DNA from: a phage
Strand: one strand, 5' to 3'
DNA length: 64,000 nucleotides
Assembly (NCBI GenBank): GCA_025611195.1
Contig: GCA_025611195.1_4718.2
Part shown: positions 9,605 through 18,071 of the stretch, one piece after another
Layout: each line of letters begins with the position of its first letter
Numbering within the stretch: position 1 is the stretch's first letter
Translations under genes and position numbers: made by a program
The notes under the pieces: generated by a model
The model's input: only the letters and a program-made list of their open reading frames with translations
What the model was told of the DNA's origin: nothing
Database searches by the model: none

Positions 9605-11056
9605 ATGAAACTCAAACAAAGCTGGAAAGACGAACTTCTTGCGTTAGTAAATAGCAAAAACAGTTTACAGCTGACATTAGACGACGTAAAATTTGAACTA
9701 ACTGAACCGGTAAGCGAAGTGCCCGGAACGGTTACTGTCACGATCAAACCGAACGATGATAGCCGTTACTTTAACGAGCAGTCTCTGACCTACGTTCGTC
9801 GAGACATCGCTAAAAACTTCACCGGGATCCCGTTACGGGTTATCGTTAAAAATGATACCGCCGTAAAGGATATCATCAACACGATCGCTGAACGTTACGG
9901 ATTGGTATTTGACACAACCGTCGACTTCCTCGAATCCGAGCTGAATAAACAAATTACGTTCGCAGACACCGGTATTAAAGACATCACGGTTCCGGTTGCA
10001 AACACGTCTTATGTTTGGGCTGGTAATCTTCAGTTCAACATTGCTAACGATACGTTAAGCTTGATTACGATCATCAAGAAAACCGATCTTACGAATCTGG
10101 TTTATCTGGATGGTGTTGAAGCTGATACAACGGGATCGTTACTATTAGCAACGACCTCGGTTATCGACGAAAACGGAAATACCGAAACAACTGAAGGTGT
10201 CCTTGACGCCGCGCACTTCCAGAATGTCCTGAACGTCATGGTTCGTTATGGTGATATTACCAACGAACAAATGCAACAAGCAATGCAGACAATTAACCAA
10301 AGCGAAGACGTTCGTAGAGTAGAGGTGAGATCATACGGTGACGCCGAATTACTGGTAACCACCAAGAAAGATTGGGCTATCGGTAGCCTTAAGGGTGCTA
10401 TGGCTGTTGGACGCGCTTCACCTAAACCGATCCAATACGTTCTTAAAACAAAAGGCGGCAGCATTATATTATCATTAAATGGTTGGACAAATGTTTCCAT
10501 CGATTGGGGTGATGGGAATAAGACGACGGAGGACTCAGTCGATAATGAATATCGGCACAATTATACGGACACTACAGAACGTACGATCGTCGCTACGGGT
10601 ACCCCTACCAACGTTGAAGATACAGAGGTACAGCAAAGCTTCACCGGTGGTAACATTACAGAAATCGTTGACTGGAACAACGGATTACCTAAGGCCCCAT
10701 CATTACTTGCGGCGAACAGTTTAACTAAGGTTCCTAATTATATCCCGGCATACTGGACATCGTTAGAAGGTATGTTTACGAGATGTAGCGTTATTAACGA
10801 CGTGAACATCACCAAATGGAACACCCGCAACATTACTTCAATGAAGGACCTCTTCTACGGTTGCGCTGCGTTCAACCAACCGATCGGTTCGTGGGATGTT
10901 TCGTCTGTTAAGAATATCGACAATATGTTGTCTGGATGCTTCGCGTTCAATCAGGATCTGAGTGGTTGGACATTCCCGGCAGGCACTTCACACATTAACT
11001 ACGACGCCATGACCGCCGTGTGGAGTACTGAACACAAACCACACTTCACCGAGTAA
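9605..11056 (+). CDS. protein with C-terminal DUF285/BspA-like repeats
   Basis: Track start is TTG at 9578; ATG at 9605 has AGGA RBS; C-terminus carries repeated FxxCxxFNQ(P/D)(I/L)xxW units. Confidence 0.55.
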   Translation: MKLKQSWKDELLALVNSKNSLQLTLDDVKFELTEPVSEVPGTVTVTIKPNDDSRYFNEQSLTYVRRDIAKNFTGIPLRVIVKNDTAVKDIINTIAERYGLVFDTTVDFLESELNKQITFADTGIKDITVPVANTSYVWAGNLQFNIANDTLSLITIIKKTDLTNLVYLDGVEADTTGSLLLATTSVIDENGNTETTEGVLDAAHFQNVLNVMVRYGDITNEQMQQAMQTINQSEDVRRVEVRSYGDAELLVTTKKDWAIGSLKGAMAVGRASPKPIQYVLKTKGGSIILSLNGWTNVSIDWGDGNKTTEDSVDNEYRHNYTDTTERTIVATGTPTNVEDTEVQQSFTGGNITEIVDWNNGLPKAPSLLAANSLTKVPNYIPAYWTSLEGMFTRCSVINDVNITKWNTRNITSMKDLFYGCAAFNQPIGSWDVSSVKNIDNMLSGCFAFNQDLSGWTFPAGTSHINYDAMTAVWSTEHKPHFTE

Positions 11057-11073
11057 AAAAAATAGTTAGCATA

Positions 11074-11106
11074 TCTTCCTCCCTACCCATAACGGGCGGG
11101 GAGGAA
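11074..11106. terminator. stem-loop between convergent genes (CTTCCTCCC/GGGAGGAAG)
   Basis: 9-bp inverted repeat between the ends of 9605-11056 (+) and 11125-11463 (-). Confidence 0.5.
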
Positions 11107-11124
11107 GGTTTATGTGGCTATGAC

Positions 11125-11463
11125 TTAGAACCAGAGTTCTTTCATGAGGTAGGCTTCCATATCGTAGATAAGCCACTCGTCAGGAATTTCTAAAGGATCG
11201 TCTTCGGTTAAGGTCAGCATGTGCAGGGCGAACGCACGCTTAATATCGTTCAGCAGTTTCTCGTCGTCGTAACCTTCAGGTAACTTACGGTCTACCAGTT
11301 GGGTTTGTTTATAGACAGCACAGAACGCTTCTGGGCTGTGTTTGTCCATCGGAAATTGTTCAGCAGCCTGAACCATCGTCAACGTCCAGCTTACAACATT
11401 GTAGCGCTCACCGTTAATTTCACTGAACTGATCATCGATTAAACAGATTTGTTGTACGTTCAT
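11125..11463 (-). CDS. hypothetical protein (112 aa)
   Basis: ORF track; 4-nt overlap with upstream gene. Confidence 0.55.
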   Translation of the reverse strand: MNVQQICLIDDQFSEINGERYNVVSWTLTMVQAAEQFPMDKHSPEAFCAVYKQTQLVDRKLPEGYDDEKLLNDIKRAFALHMLTLTEDDPLEIPDEWLIYDMEAYLMKELWF

Positions 11464-12353
11464 TCATTTTCTCCATTCTTATCTTGGTCGCAATCACACT
11501 CTTCGACGTCTTTCTTACTTAAACGCAAGACACCAAGTGCGGCATGCTTGAGTTCTTGCAACGCGCTTTTCAGCTGACCTTCTTCATCGAAATCAAAATA
11601 CTTCTCGTTGTAGCTTAATGCTGGAATCATATTTACGAGAGGCTCGATGGCAGGCATCAACATTTCAATAACAACCTTAGGATCAACAAAGCGTTCAAAC
11701 CCTTCAGGAAGTTTGCTCGCCACAACCTTATCGTTCTTGATGAAGAATTTGTTCTTGAATAAATCGTCAAGAATAGCGTTCTCTTCATCCGTACGTTTTG
11801 CGTGAGGACGATCGATCATCTGCACAAACACATCACTCAACGCTTCAGGCAGGGTCGGATTTTCACGAAGAGAAGTTCCAGCCGGAATTTCAATATCGAT
11901 CTTTGCCCACTCAACAACCTGGTGATCTCGTGTGTAGATAACATCGACTTCCCACGCCAGGCCGTCCGGACTTTCCACAGTGTAACGTGTTTTCGCTTGA
12001 CCTTCCGGAGCCATACGCTCAATGGCATCAAACATCTCGACTGGGATTTCGACTTCGCTTTCCGTTGCATCGCCTGGACCACGATACACCTTCGTGGTCA
12101 TGATGTATTTCGGTTCTTCGTTATCGATCTGTATCGCACGTGCGCGTACCTGACCTTTCACACCACCAACGGCCGTGTTATCAAACAACCATTGATGTTG
12201 CACCATATGTTCGATTTTTGATGCGACTTGACGAAGACGTTCAACACCGTCCTCAGCCAGTTTACCAAAGAAGACCAGCTCACGTTCCTGCTGTGTCTCA
12301 CCACTTAACATCATTAAATTGGCGATTTGTTTCACGCCTCTTACTTTTGACAT
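11460..12353 (-). CDS. hypothetical protein (297 aa)
   Basis: ORF track. Confidence 0.6.
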   Translation of the reverse strand: MSKVRGVKQIANLMMLSGETQQERELVFFGKLAEDGVERLRQVASKIEHMVQHQWLFDNTAVGGVKGQVRARAIQIDNEEPKYIMTTKVYRGPGDATESEVEIPVEMFDAIERMAPEGQAKTRYTVESPDGLAWEVDVIYTRDHQVVEWAKIDIEIPAGTSLRENPTLPEALSDVFVQMIDRPHAKRTDEENAILDDLFKNKFFIKNDKVVASKLPEGFERFVDPKVVIEMLMPAIEPLVNMIPALSYNEKYFDFDEEGQLKSALQELKHAALGVLRLSKKDVEECDCDQDKNGENE

Positions 12354-12368
12354 ACATGCTCCGGTTAT

Positions 12369-12390
12369 AAGGGCCTGCTTCGAGGCCCTT
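12369..12390. terminator. stem-loop AAGGGCCT/AGGCCCTT with plus-strand TTTTTT tail
   Basis: 8-bp inverted repeat between two minus-strand genes; U-tract on plus strand only. Confidence 0.4.
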
Positions 12391-12422
12391 CATTGATTTT
12401 TTGATTCCACCAAACGCTATCG

Positions 12423-13997
12423 TTACAATTCAAAATCTTCATCGATAACGCGCTGGGTAAGCACTTTGTCGCTGAAGAACTCCACCTTGCGCTGATGGTA
12501 TTTACGATGCGCTTCGATAGAAGTACATACCAGATACCAGAAGGTTGGCGTCATTCCTTCAAACTTCCCTTTCAGCTGACGCAGTCGCCCCAACACCTGA
12601 ATGTTACCGGTTCGTGACCCCATCGCTAACGTCATGAACGCCATCACCAAGTCAGGAAGGTCGATACCCGTACCTGCCGATTTCACCGTCGTAACGCTAA
12701 TATCGTTATCCAACAAGACCATGAAATCTTCTTCAGCCGTATAAGGACCGATCTCTAACTCAGGAATACGTTCACTAAGGTAATGCGACAACGACTTACA
12801 CATATCGACGGTTGCACAATACACCAGCATCTTCATACCTTCCTGATACTGGTTCATGAAACCTTTGATGATAACCGTATAGATGAAGTTAAAATACGCG
12901 AGTTTGAGTTGCTTGTTCTTCATGATAGACTGTTCGAATATCGTGTGAGAATAAGAACCCCCAAACCCTTTATATCTGACTTTATCTGTACTGCGTAGTC
13001 GATACGTCACGGCATTTACCGCAATGTATTTCTTGTATTCGCCTTTCGCATAACGGGCTTCTTTCGGATACATCAAATACAACATCCGCTCGATGAACGG
13101 ATCATCGGACACCGCCGTTGCTGACAGATAGATGATTTCCGGAATACTAGCGTAACACTTGACCTTAAACAAGAAATGCAATGCTTCATGGCACTCGTCA
13201 TGAATCAGAAGGCCTATGCCGGTCTTTTCCCAAAACTCAGCGGGATGGAAGGCATATGGCGCAACGCAGTTATTCTTCTCGTAGTCCGCAATATAACGTT
13301 GGAACATGTTCAAGGAGAACAATGCGATTTTGAAGTCGAGTTCGCCTTGTTCAACCAAGGTTTGAAACTCCAACATACTGTAACGAGGAATGTCAGGATG
13401 CGGTGGATCCTCCTTAGCGTTCCCGCGTATCTCGATAACATCCCCTGGTTCCATCCCGAAGAAGTTCAGTAGTGAGCTTCGCCAACCTGGCATGTATCTC
13501 GGCGACAGAATGATACCCGTCCGCACACCGCGTCGGAAGGTAATCTCCTGCGACATGGCCGTTTTTCCCGACCCCGTTTGAGCGGTGTTTAGGCTCATTC
13601 TGAAGGGGGTATCCTTACCCCCGTCCATGTACTCCAACCATTCTTGCTGATCTTCACGCCATGGGAACTTCCATTTCTTTACGAACTCCACTTCTTTACC
13701 TGGTGCCGGATCGTGGTAAACGATTTCCAACCACTCTTTTCGTATCCCTCGGGAAAAGATAAAATCCAAAAACGATTTCAACTGTTCGCGGAGTAAGTAT
13801 ACCTCACTATAATCGCTTCTTGCCGCGGCATACGTGTTTATGGTATCGGTAACCATTCTCCGTGTACGAGGGTCGCGCCGTTTCCTCAGATGCAAACAAC
13901 GGTCTCGAAGGTAATGGCCGATAAGATGGGCAAATCGAAGTCCGTATCCGCTCAGCCTCATGCCGTGCGAGAAGACATCGATACGAGCTAACTTCAT
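12423..13997 (-). CDS. SF2 DEAH-box helicase
   Basis: Walker A AQTGSGKT, DEAH-like box LIHDECHE, motif V TVKSAGTGIDLP, motif VI QVLGRLRQ. Confidence 0.65.
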   Translation of the reverse strand: MKLARIDVFSHGMRLSGYGLRFAHLIGHYLRDRCLHLRKRRDPRTRRMVTDTINTYAAARSDYSEVYLLREQLKSFLDFIFSRGIRKEWLEIVYHDPAPGKEVEFVKKWKFPWREDQQEWLEYMDGGKDTPFRMSLNTAQTGSGKTAMSQEITFRRGVRTGIILSPRYMPGWRSSLLNFFGMEPGDVIEIRGNAKEDPPHPDIPRYSMLEFQTLVEQGELDFKIALFSLNMFQRYIADYEKNNCVAPYAFHPAEFWEKTGIGLLIHDECHEALHFLFKVKCYASIPEIIYLSATAVSDDPFIERMLYLMYPKEARYAKGEYKKYIAVNAVTYRLRSTDKVRYKGFGGSYSHTIFEQSIMKNKQLKLAYFNFIYTVIIKGFMNQYQEGMKMLVYCATVDMCKSLSHYLSERIPELEIGPYTAEEDFMVLLDNDISVTTVKSAGTGIDLPDLVMAFMTLAMGSRTGNIQVLGRLRQLKGKFEGMTPTFWYLVCTSIEAHRKYHQRKVEFFSDKVLTQRVIDEDFEL

Positions 13998-16000
13998 AAC
14001 GTGAATACATCCTCCGGTTTAGGTTCTTTGCGCGGTAAAAGCATGTAGTCGATCGGATGATCCGGCTTCATGGTTGGGATATAACTGTTCGGGTTTTGGA
14101 ACGCATCCAGTTGCTCTTGGTGAGCGAACTTCATACTCAAGGAGCGCATGTTCATGTTCTTCTTGAAGGTGCTGAAGTATCGTGTTGTTCCCTGTTTCGG
14201 CATGCGATAATCTTTCGTGTGTGGCGAACGAATCATGCTGGCGTAGAGAATAACATCGAGATGCGAAAGGTTCATTCGCAGACGCTGTGCGCACAAGCGA
14301 TGCCAATAGTACAGCACGTTTGCAACTTCTTCCGGTGTTGCTTCGTCTTCCGAGAGGAACCCGGCACTGAAAGAACCTTTCCCGAATTTGAACTCACGTT
14401 CGATTTCTTTTGCGTATTCCATCATGTTTTTGTGGATTAACGGCATCTGGAATAACGTACGTGAATTGTCCCAATGTTTCAAGTCGAAAATCACAATCCC
14501 GTCAGACGTCACTTCCCAGCTATGGCGTTTAAGATAACGGATAAACGCTTTACTCGGTACAACAGGACGTCCGCAGAAATCGAAATTGACTTTGAGCTTA
14601 CGATAGCTTTCATCTTTCCTGTCGTAAATCTCCATATCGCAAAGCGTCATGTTAAACAGACGCTGTGGTATCAGCGAACTGATTTCTTCCGCTTCGGCTA
14701 CATCGTACAACATGTTCGCAAGACCTAACTTCATCTTAATCAGCACGTGTTTACCTTTCAGCTCACGTGCGAGTTTGATGTCGTTCATGTTCTGGCTGTA
14801 ACGAAGGATATGTTGATATTCCGGTGGGATTGGTGCTGTAGAGACCGTTGACGAACCGTCGTGGTGTTTGGTAGAAAGAATGTTCTGCGTTACCTGTTGC
14901 GAGCAGGTACGCGCTGCGCCATCGCCGACATTATCGGTTAATGCGAAGTTATGACTTAATTCACCATAACACGTTGTGCATACCCCAGCAGGATCGGGAT
15001 GATGACAATAGTTAACGGAGCGCATACGCACTGTGGTGCCGATCAATTCTTTCATATGTGGTTGTATCGCTACCAACGAACCGTCATCACGAATAATGAA
15101 TCGGCCGTGGAAGCCACGCAGGTCGGTCTCATCACGGATTGGCATCGGGATGGTCTCTCTACTACCACAATCACCAGGATGTAGTCGTTGCACAACCGCT
15201 GTCGCTATCTGAAGTTCACGACCGAAATATTCAGACTTTTTAATCTGCTCTTTGTTGAACAGCAACGATTTCGCCGCAGAACGACTTTCTTTCAAGCTGT
15301 CGGGAAGAGAGATCAAACCTGACGCGTACGACCGCATTACTGGATCACGGAATATCTCGGAGTTAATATCGGTCAAGAATCCACGCATCCCAATACACTG
15401 CAGCACCTGCCCAATCGAAACGTGTTCGGTTCTTACCGCACGTGCAATAGGGTTTGCATGTAATGTTTTATCGGTGCTCAGTACCTTTGTCAGTTTCTTG
15501 TATGCGCTTTCGATACCTTCGCGGGTGGGTTCCGCTTCAGCGATGATTTTCTTAACTTCGGGGTGTACGGTAATCTGATAAAAATCATCCGCACAAATAG
15601 TTGTTACGTATTCCTCCAACGCATACGTAAAGAAGTTATACACGTTGTTAAACATATCGAACAGTGCTTTCCAGAGAACCTCACGATTCTCTTGTGGGTA
15701 AGCATACATGCATTGACGATACGCTGCGCTTTGCAACGCTACCGATGAACCCGCTGTAAACTTACGTTTATCAACCAGGTTCTCTTTTGTCAATGGTGTC
15801 TCAGGATACATGCGATGTACAGACCAGTGCATGTAACTAAAGAAAATGCGTCGCGCACGTAATTCATGAACGCCATCGTCCATCTCGATATATACACGGT
15901 CATTAGGCTGTGCCCACTCGAATACCTCATCAACCGGCCAGTGCATAAGCTCGCGTGCCCTCACACGACGTTTCGTGGTGGTCGTCTGTGTTGTAGTCAT
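13994..16000 (-). CDS. multisubunit RNA polymerase beta-prime, C-terminal subunit
   Basis: RSVNYCHHPDPAGVCTTCYGELS..AARTCSQQVTQNILSTKHH aligns by eye to E. coli beta-prime VRSVVTCDTDFGVCAHCYG..AAQSIGEPGTQLTMRTFH. Confidence 0.55.
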   Translation of the reverse strand: MTTTQTTTTKRRVRARELMHWPVDEVFEWAQPNDRVYIEMDDGVHELRARRIFFSYMHWSVHRMYPETPLTKENLVDKRKFTAGSSVALQSAAYRQCMYAYPQENREVLWKALFDMFNNVYNFFTYALEEYVTTICADDFYQITVHPEVKKIIAEAEPTREGIESAYKKLTKVLSTDKTLHANPIARAVRTEHVSIGQVLQCIGMRGFLTDINSEIFRDPVMRSYASGLISLPDSLKESRSAAKSLLFNKEQIKKSEYFGRELQIATAVVQRLHPGDCGSRETIPMPIRDETDLRGFHGRFIIRDDGSLVAIQPHMKELIGTTVRMRSVNYCHHPDPAGVCTTCYGELSHNFALTDNVGDGAARTCSQQVTQNILSTKHHDGSSTVSTAPIPPEYQHILRYSQNMNDIKLARELKGKHVLIKMKLGLANMLYDVAEAEEISSLIPQRLFNMTLCDMEIYDRKDESYRKLKVNFDFCGRPVVPSKAFIRYLKRHSWEVTSDGIVIFDLKHWDNSRTLFQMPLIHKNMMEYAKEIEREFKFGKGSFSAGFLSEDEATPEEVANVLYYWHRLCAQRLRMNLSHLDVILYASMIRSPHTKDYRMPKQGTTRYFSTFKKNMNMRSLSMKFAHQEQLDAFQNPNSYIPTMKPDHPIDYMLLPRKEPKPEDVFTL

Positions 16001-16145
16001 TATTGCTTTCCGATTTAAATGGTTTTATCATACGGTTTACCAAATCCGTTGGACTTTACTATCGTTGTGATAGCATCGGGAATCCCTTCCCTTAGGTTAT
16101 GTAGGTGTTAATATATCTCCACTGCTGTCGTAAAGGTCAGCAGCA

Positions 16146-16631
16146 TTATCCAGCTTCCTGTTGTATAGCGTATGGATCCATAGCGTCTGACATATTCGCA
16201 AAAACGGTGAGAATAAACCCCTTTATCTGTCTCACCTCGGTTACACGAAGCCCTTTATCATTACGGTATACGTTTTCTTCACCAACCAACTTCGGCCTGA
16301 TAGCATAAACCCCATCAACAAACGGGAATGTCGGATACGGATAAATACCGATACGAATGATGTTTGGATGATCGCCTAGAAGGTCACGCCCAAATGTATC
16401 TACTCTACCGTAAACCGTTCCATCCACACCCTCCACTTCAATGAGATCATTTCGAATATCCTGAAATAGCTGCTCTAATGTGTCGGCGGGGTACGTATAT
16501 GCGACACCTAACGCTGGGTCCTCAATGGTTTTGACACTGAATCCGTTAAGCCAAACAATCTGTTCATCCGCCCATGTTTCTTCATATACCGTTAATCCAT
16601 CGCCGTATATGTTGGCGCGTGCTATCTCCAT
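16146..16631 (-). CDS. hypothetical protein (161 aa)
   Basis: ORF track. Confidence 0.55.
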   Translation of the reverse strand: MEIARANIYGDGLTVYEETWADEQIVWLNGFSVKTIEDPALGVAYTYPADTLEQLFQDIRNDLIEVEGVDGTVYGRVDTFGRDLLGDHPNIIRIGIYPYPTFPFVDGVYAIRPKLVGEENVYRNDKGLRVTEVRQIKGFILTVFANMSDAMDPYAIQQEAG

Positions 16632-16744
16632 AATCTCATTTCCTCTTATACGTTCGGATAGATGACATGTTGGATATACGTTGCCTTTGCATATATTGCT
16701 TTATTTCCGTCAGAAATAACGGAAAATAAAAACAACGACATAGT

Positions 16745-16775
16745 TCCCTCCCACCTCCACATGGGAGAGGGAGGG
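16745..16775 (-). terminator. GC-rich stem-loop (CCCTCCC/GGGAGGG)
   Basis: Inverted repeat in the 16632-16788 intergenic region. Confidence 0.4.
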
Positions 16776-16788
16776 CTATTCGTGTTTA

Positions 16789-17154
16789 TTACTCTATGCT
16801 GTCTTCTTCAACACAATCCTCTTCGGAACCGTCGAACGTTTTCTGCACCGCAGTGGTATCCCAGTTGGCAGCGTAATCAGCCATCGCTTCGCGCAACGCT
16901 TCTTCACCAGCATCGCCAGCCAGATCAAGCACAACCAAACCTTGCGCGACGTTTTGAGCGACAGTATCAATAACGGTTGCATCTTCTTCAAAACTACGTA
17001 CCGGTTCAATGGTGCCTACATCAACAGCATAGTTCGTGGTCGCTGTAAGCACGGCGACTTGTAGTGCATCGCTATTATCATCATCATGCAGTGCTGCTTC
17101 AATACCGATTGGACGGGCCAGTTCTTGCAGTGTTAATTTGCGAATTAAGTTCAT
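16789..17154 (-). CDS. small acidic protein, paralog family member 1
   Basis: LTLQELAR and VVLDLAGD motifs shared with the two adjacent small genes. Confidence 0.55.
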   Translation of the reverse strand: MNLIRKLTLQELARPIGIEAALHDDDNSDALQVAVLTATTNYAVDVGTIEPVRSFEEDATVIDTVAQNVAQGLVVLDLAGDAGEEALREAMADYAANWDTTAVQKTFDGSEEDCVEEDSIE

Positions 17155-17177
17155 TATGTTTTTTCCTCAGGTGAATG

Positions 17178-17528
17178 TTAGCAATCGTTTAAAACTTTTT
17201 CGATACGATGGTTGACGAGTTCATTGAACGACTCTTCAACTTGTTCGATAATTTCATCAACGTCGATATCTAATTGTTGGGGTTGGATAACATGCTCTTT
17301 CATGGTTTCTAACCAGTATTCGGCTTTAACCATAACGTTAGCTACTTGTTCGACCTGGCTGCGTATGTCGACGATCTGGCAGTCAGGATTTTTAATATCG
17401 ATGATGTGTCCGTGCTGATTGATAAAGCCTAGTTTATTCGACGCCTTTACCGCATCGCGGGCAAGTTCTTGCAAGATTAAATTATTTACGTAGTTCACTG
17501 CTACGGAACGATTTTCTTTATCACTCAT
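17178..17528 (-). CDS. small acidic protein, paralog family member 2
   Basis: ATG at 17528 with GAGGA RBS; the longer track ORF would read through hairpin 17607-17635; LILQELAR motif. Confidence 0.5.
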   Translation of the reverse strand: MSDKENRSVAVNYVNNLILQELARDAVKASNKLGFINQHGHIIDIKNPDCQIVDIRSQVEQVANVMVKAEYWLETMKEHVIQPQQLDIDVDEIIEQVEESFNELVNHRIEKVLNDC

Positions 17529-17606
17529 ACCAGGGATCCTCTTTAAGTCTTCACATTCTAGTGTTAAGCAGTTAAAATAAACCGTCCCTTTAATCAGCAT
17601 AAACAT

Positions 17607-17635
17607 CCTCCTCCTACCATGCGGGCAGGAGGAGG
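17607..17635 (-). terminator. stem-loop CCTCCTCCT/AGGAGGAGG
   Basis: 9-bp inverted repeat after the stop of 17647-18060. Confidence 0.45.
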
Positions 17636-17646
17636 CGTAATATGCA

Positions 17647-18060
17647 TCAGAAAGGTGTGCGATTCTTATATTCGAATAATGTCTGAAGGACACATCGTGT
17701 TAACGAGTTTTGTAATTCGATACGTCCTTGTTCTCCGAACAGATCCAACACCATCATCCCTTTTGCTGTTTTCTCTGCCACTTCTTCACAAATCTGTAAA
17801 TTGTACATGTCGTCATTGCCGAGTTCCTTTCGACCGATCGAACTGACACGCATCAACTCACCTTTACTATCGCGAACATCGGAGAATGCATCATAGACCG
17901 CATCGATGTTCGCAGAACGCGTCAAACCCTCCGCTTCGCGCCACTCTCGATATGTACCATCAAGCGTTTGTTCCTCGCCCGAGGTTGTTGATTCGCTGTT
18001 GGTGGTTGGGCGAATTAAATGGGGTGTTATCATCGCGATCACGCTGTCGTAATGGTCCAT
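17647..18060 (-). CDS. small acidic protein, paralog family member 3
   Basis: MMVLDLFGEQG and NLQICEEVAEK motifs resemble the neighbours. Confidence 0.5.
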   Translation of the reverse strand: MDHYDSVIAMITPHLIRPTTNSESTTSGEEQTLDGTYREWREAEGLTRSANIDAVYDAFSDVRDSKGELMRVSSIGRKELGNDDMYNLQICEEVAEKTAKGMMVLDLFGEQGRIELQNSLTRCVLQTLFEYKNRTPF

Positions 18061-18071
18061 CGTTTACCTCG

